From a virus: a stretch of DNA of 64,000 nt. The stretch lies in IMG/VR virus record IMGVR_UViG_3300025892_000009; one strand, written 5' to 3'. The notes beneath the pieces are model-generated. The model searched no databases, was not told the DNA's origin, and worked only from the letters and a program-made list of their open reading frames with translations. The position numbers were made by a program, and so were the translations under genes. This document shows, one piece after another, positions 63,459 through 64,000 of this stretch (positions are counted from its first letter, which is position 1; the number at the start of each line of letters is the position of its first letter).

Positions 63459-63528
63459 GTTTGTATTGTTGCAGATTTTGGGGTGAATTGCTAGGGGTTT
63501 TGTGCCAGTCCCCCAACTGGTTTTCTGC

Positions 63529-63807
63529 TCAAAGGTCTAGCATCATCTCTTCCATCTCAGCGGCGTCGATCGCATCGTGATCCCATGCCACACCGTCGCC
63601 AGTGGCACCTAGGAAGGATCCCACGCATCCATCCATCATGCAGCGTTGAAACTTGCTCCATACGCTCTCGCCTGCCTCTGCATAGGTCACACACGCCTTT
63701 GCAGTGTTGTAAAGGAACTCATCGTTTGCGATCCACAGCGAAGCGTTCCACGTTTCGTAGTTTGCCCAACCGTTAAAGGTCTCGTTTGCGGTGGTGGTGG
63801 CAGTCAT
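63529..63807 (-). CDS. Cyanophage early-region hypothetical protein (NGWANYETWN family)
   Basis: FNGWANYETWNASLWIANDEFLY and TGDGVAW. AAGGA Shine-Dalgarno upstream. Confidence 0.85.
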   Translation of the reverse strand: MTATTTANETFNGWANYETWNASLWIANDEFLYNTAKACVTYAEAGESVWSKFQRCMMDGCVGSFLGATGDGVAWDHDAIDAAEMEEMMLDL

Positions 63808-63834
63808 GTCGTGTCCTTTGTTTGTCTTGAATCA

Positions 63835-63862
63835 ATTGTAGCAGTTCTGATGCCCCTGACAA
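63835..63862 (-). promoter_or_regulatory. Early promoter cassette copy 2
   Basis: TTGTCA-16 nt-TACAAT. Shares AACTGCTACAAT and ACTGTACCCAAAAT exactly with copy 1. Confidence 0.7.
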
Positions 63863-64000
63863 CGGGTTTCCCCGATTTTGGGTACAGTTCTCCCAGTGTC
63901 ACAAGGTTTGTTGATATTCTCGCAGTGCTTCGATAATAATAGATTTCAACTCAACTCTCTCCTCTGCTGTGAAGATAGTGCGCTTCTTTACTGGCATTGG

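Noticed and set aside
1-64000. CRISPR array, tRNA or rRNA genes, integrase or transposase
   Set aside because: No regularly spaced identical repeats with unique spacers, cloverleaf or TTCGA-arm context, or recombinase motifs were recognised by eye. A tRNAscan/Infernal run would be needed to be certain.
63899-64000. Window-edge ORF fragments (…NASKEAHYLHSRGELS* and a 17-aa TTG-start ORF)
   Set aside because: Too short or truncated to determine which frame is real.

Overview
The window is 64 kb of a T4-like marine cyanomyovirus (Synechococcus/Prochlorococcus myophage), with every credible gene on the minus strand. In transcription order (right to left) it holds: an early region of small genes with repeated sigma70-type promoter cassettes, a 2OG-Fe(II) oxygenase and a DnaA-box cluster (60.2-64 kb); a baseplate module (1284-aa protein, PAAR-like tip, g25, g6, a 6848-aa g7-like protein, YHYH protein, gp9/gp10-like protein, g8, DUF4815/VrlC-like protein); a 2265-aa fibre; neck and terminase genes g13-g14-g15-g16; the g16-g17 variable island; and g17. 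The island carries petE, a truncated gnd-like gene, micro-ORFs, candidate capsid-targeted internal proteins and a thermonuclease. The most striking observation is a series of helical repeats inside the giant g7-like virion protein that resemble phycobiliprotein (phycocyanin) subunits, including CxRD-(14)-GG and beta155-like Cys motifs. Next to it lie a virion protein with an apparently complete type-1 copper site and a YHYH protein. No tRNA, rRNA, CRISPR array, integrase or transposase was recognised. All calls come from motif recognition by eye; no database searches were run.
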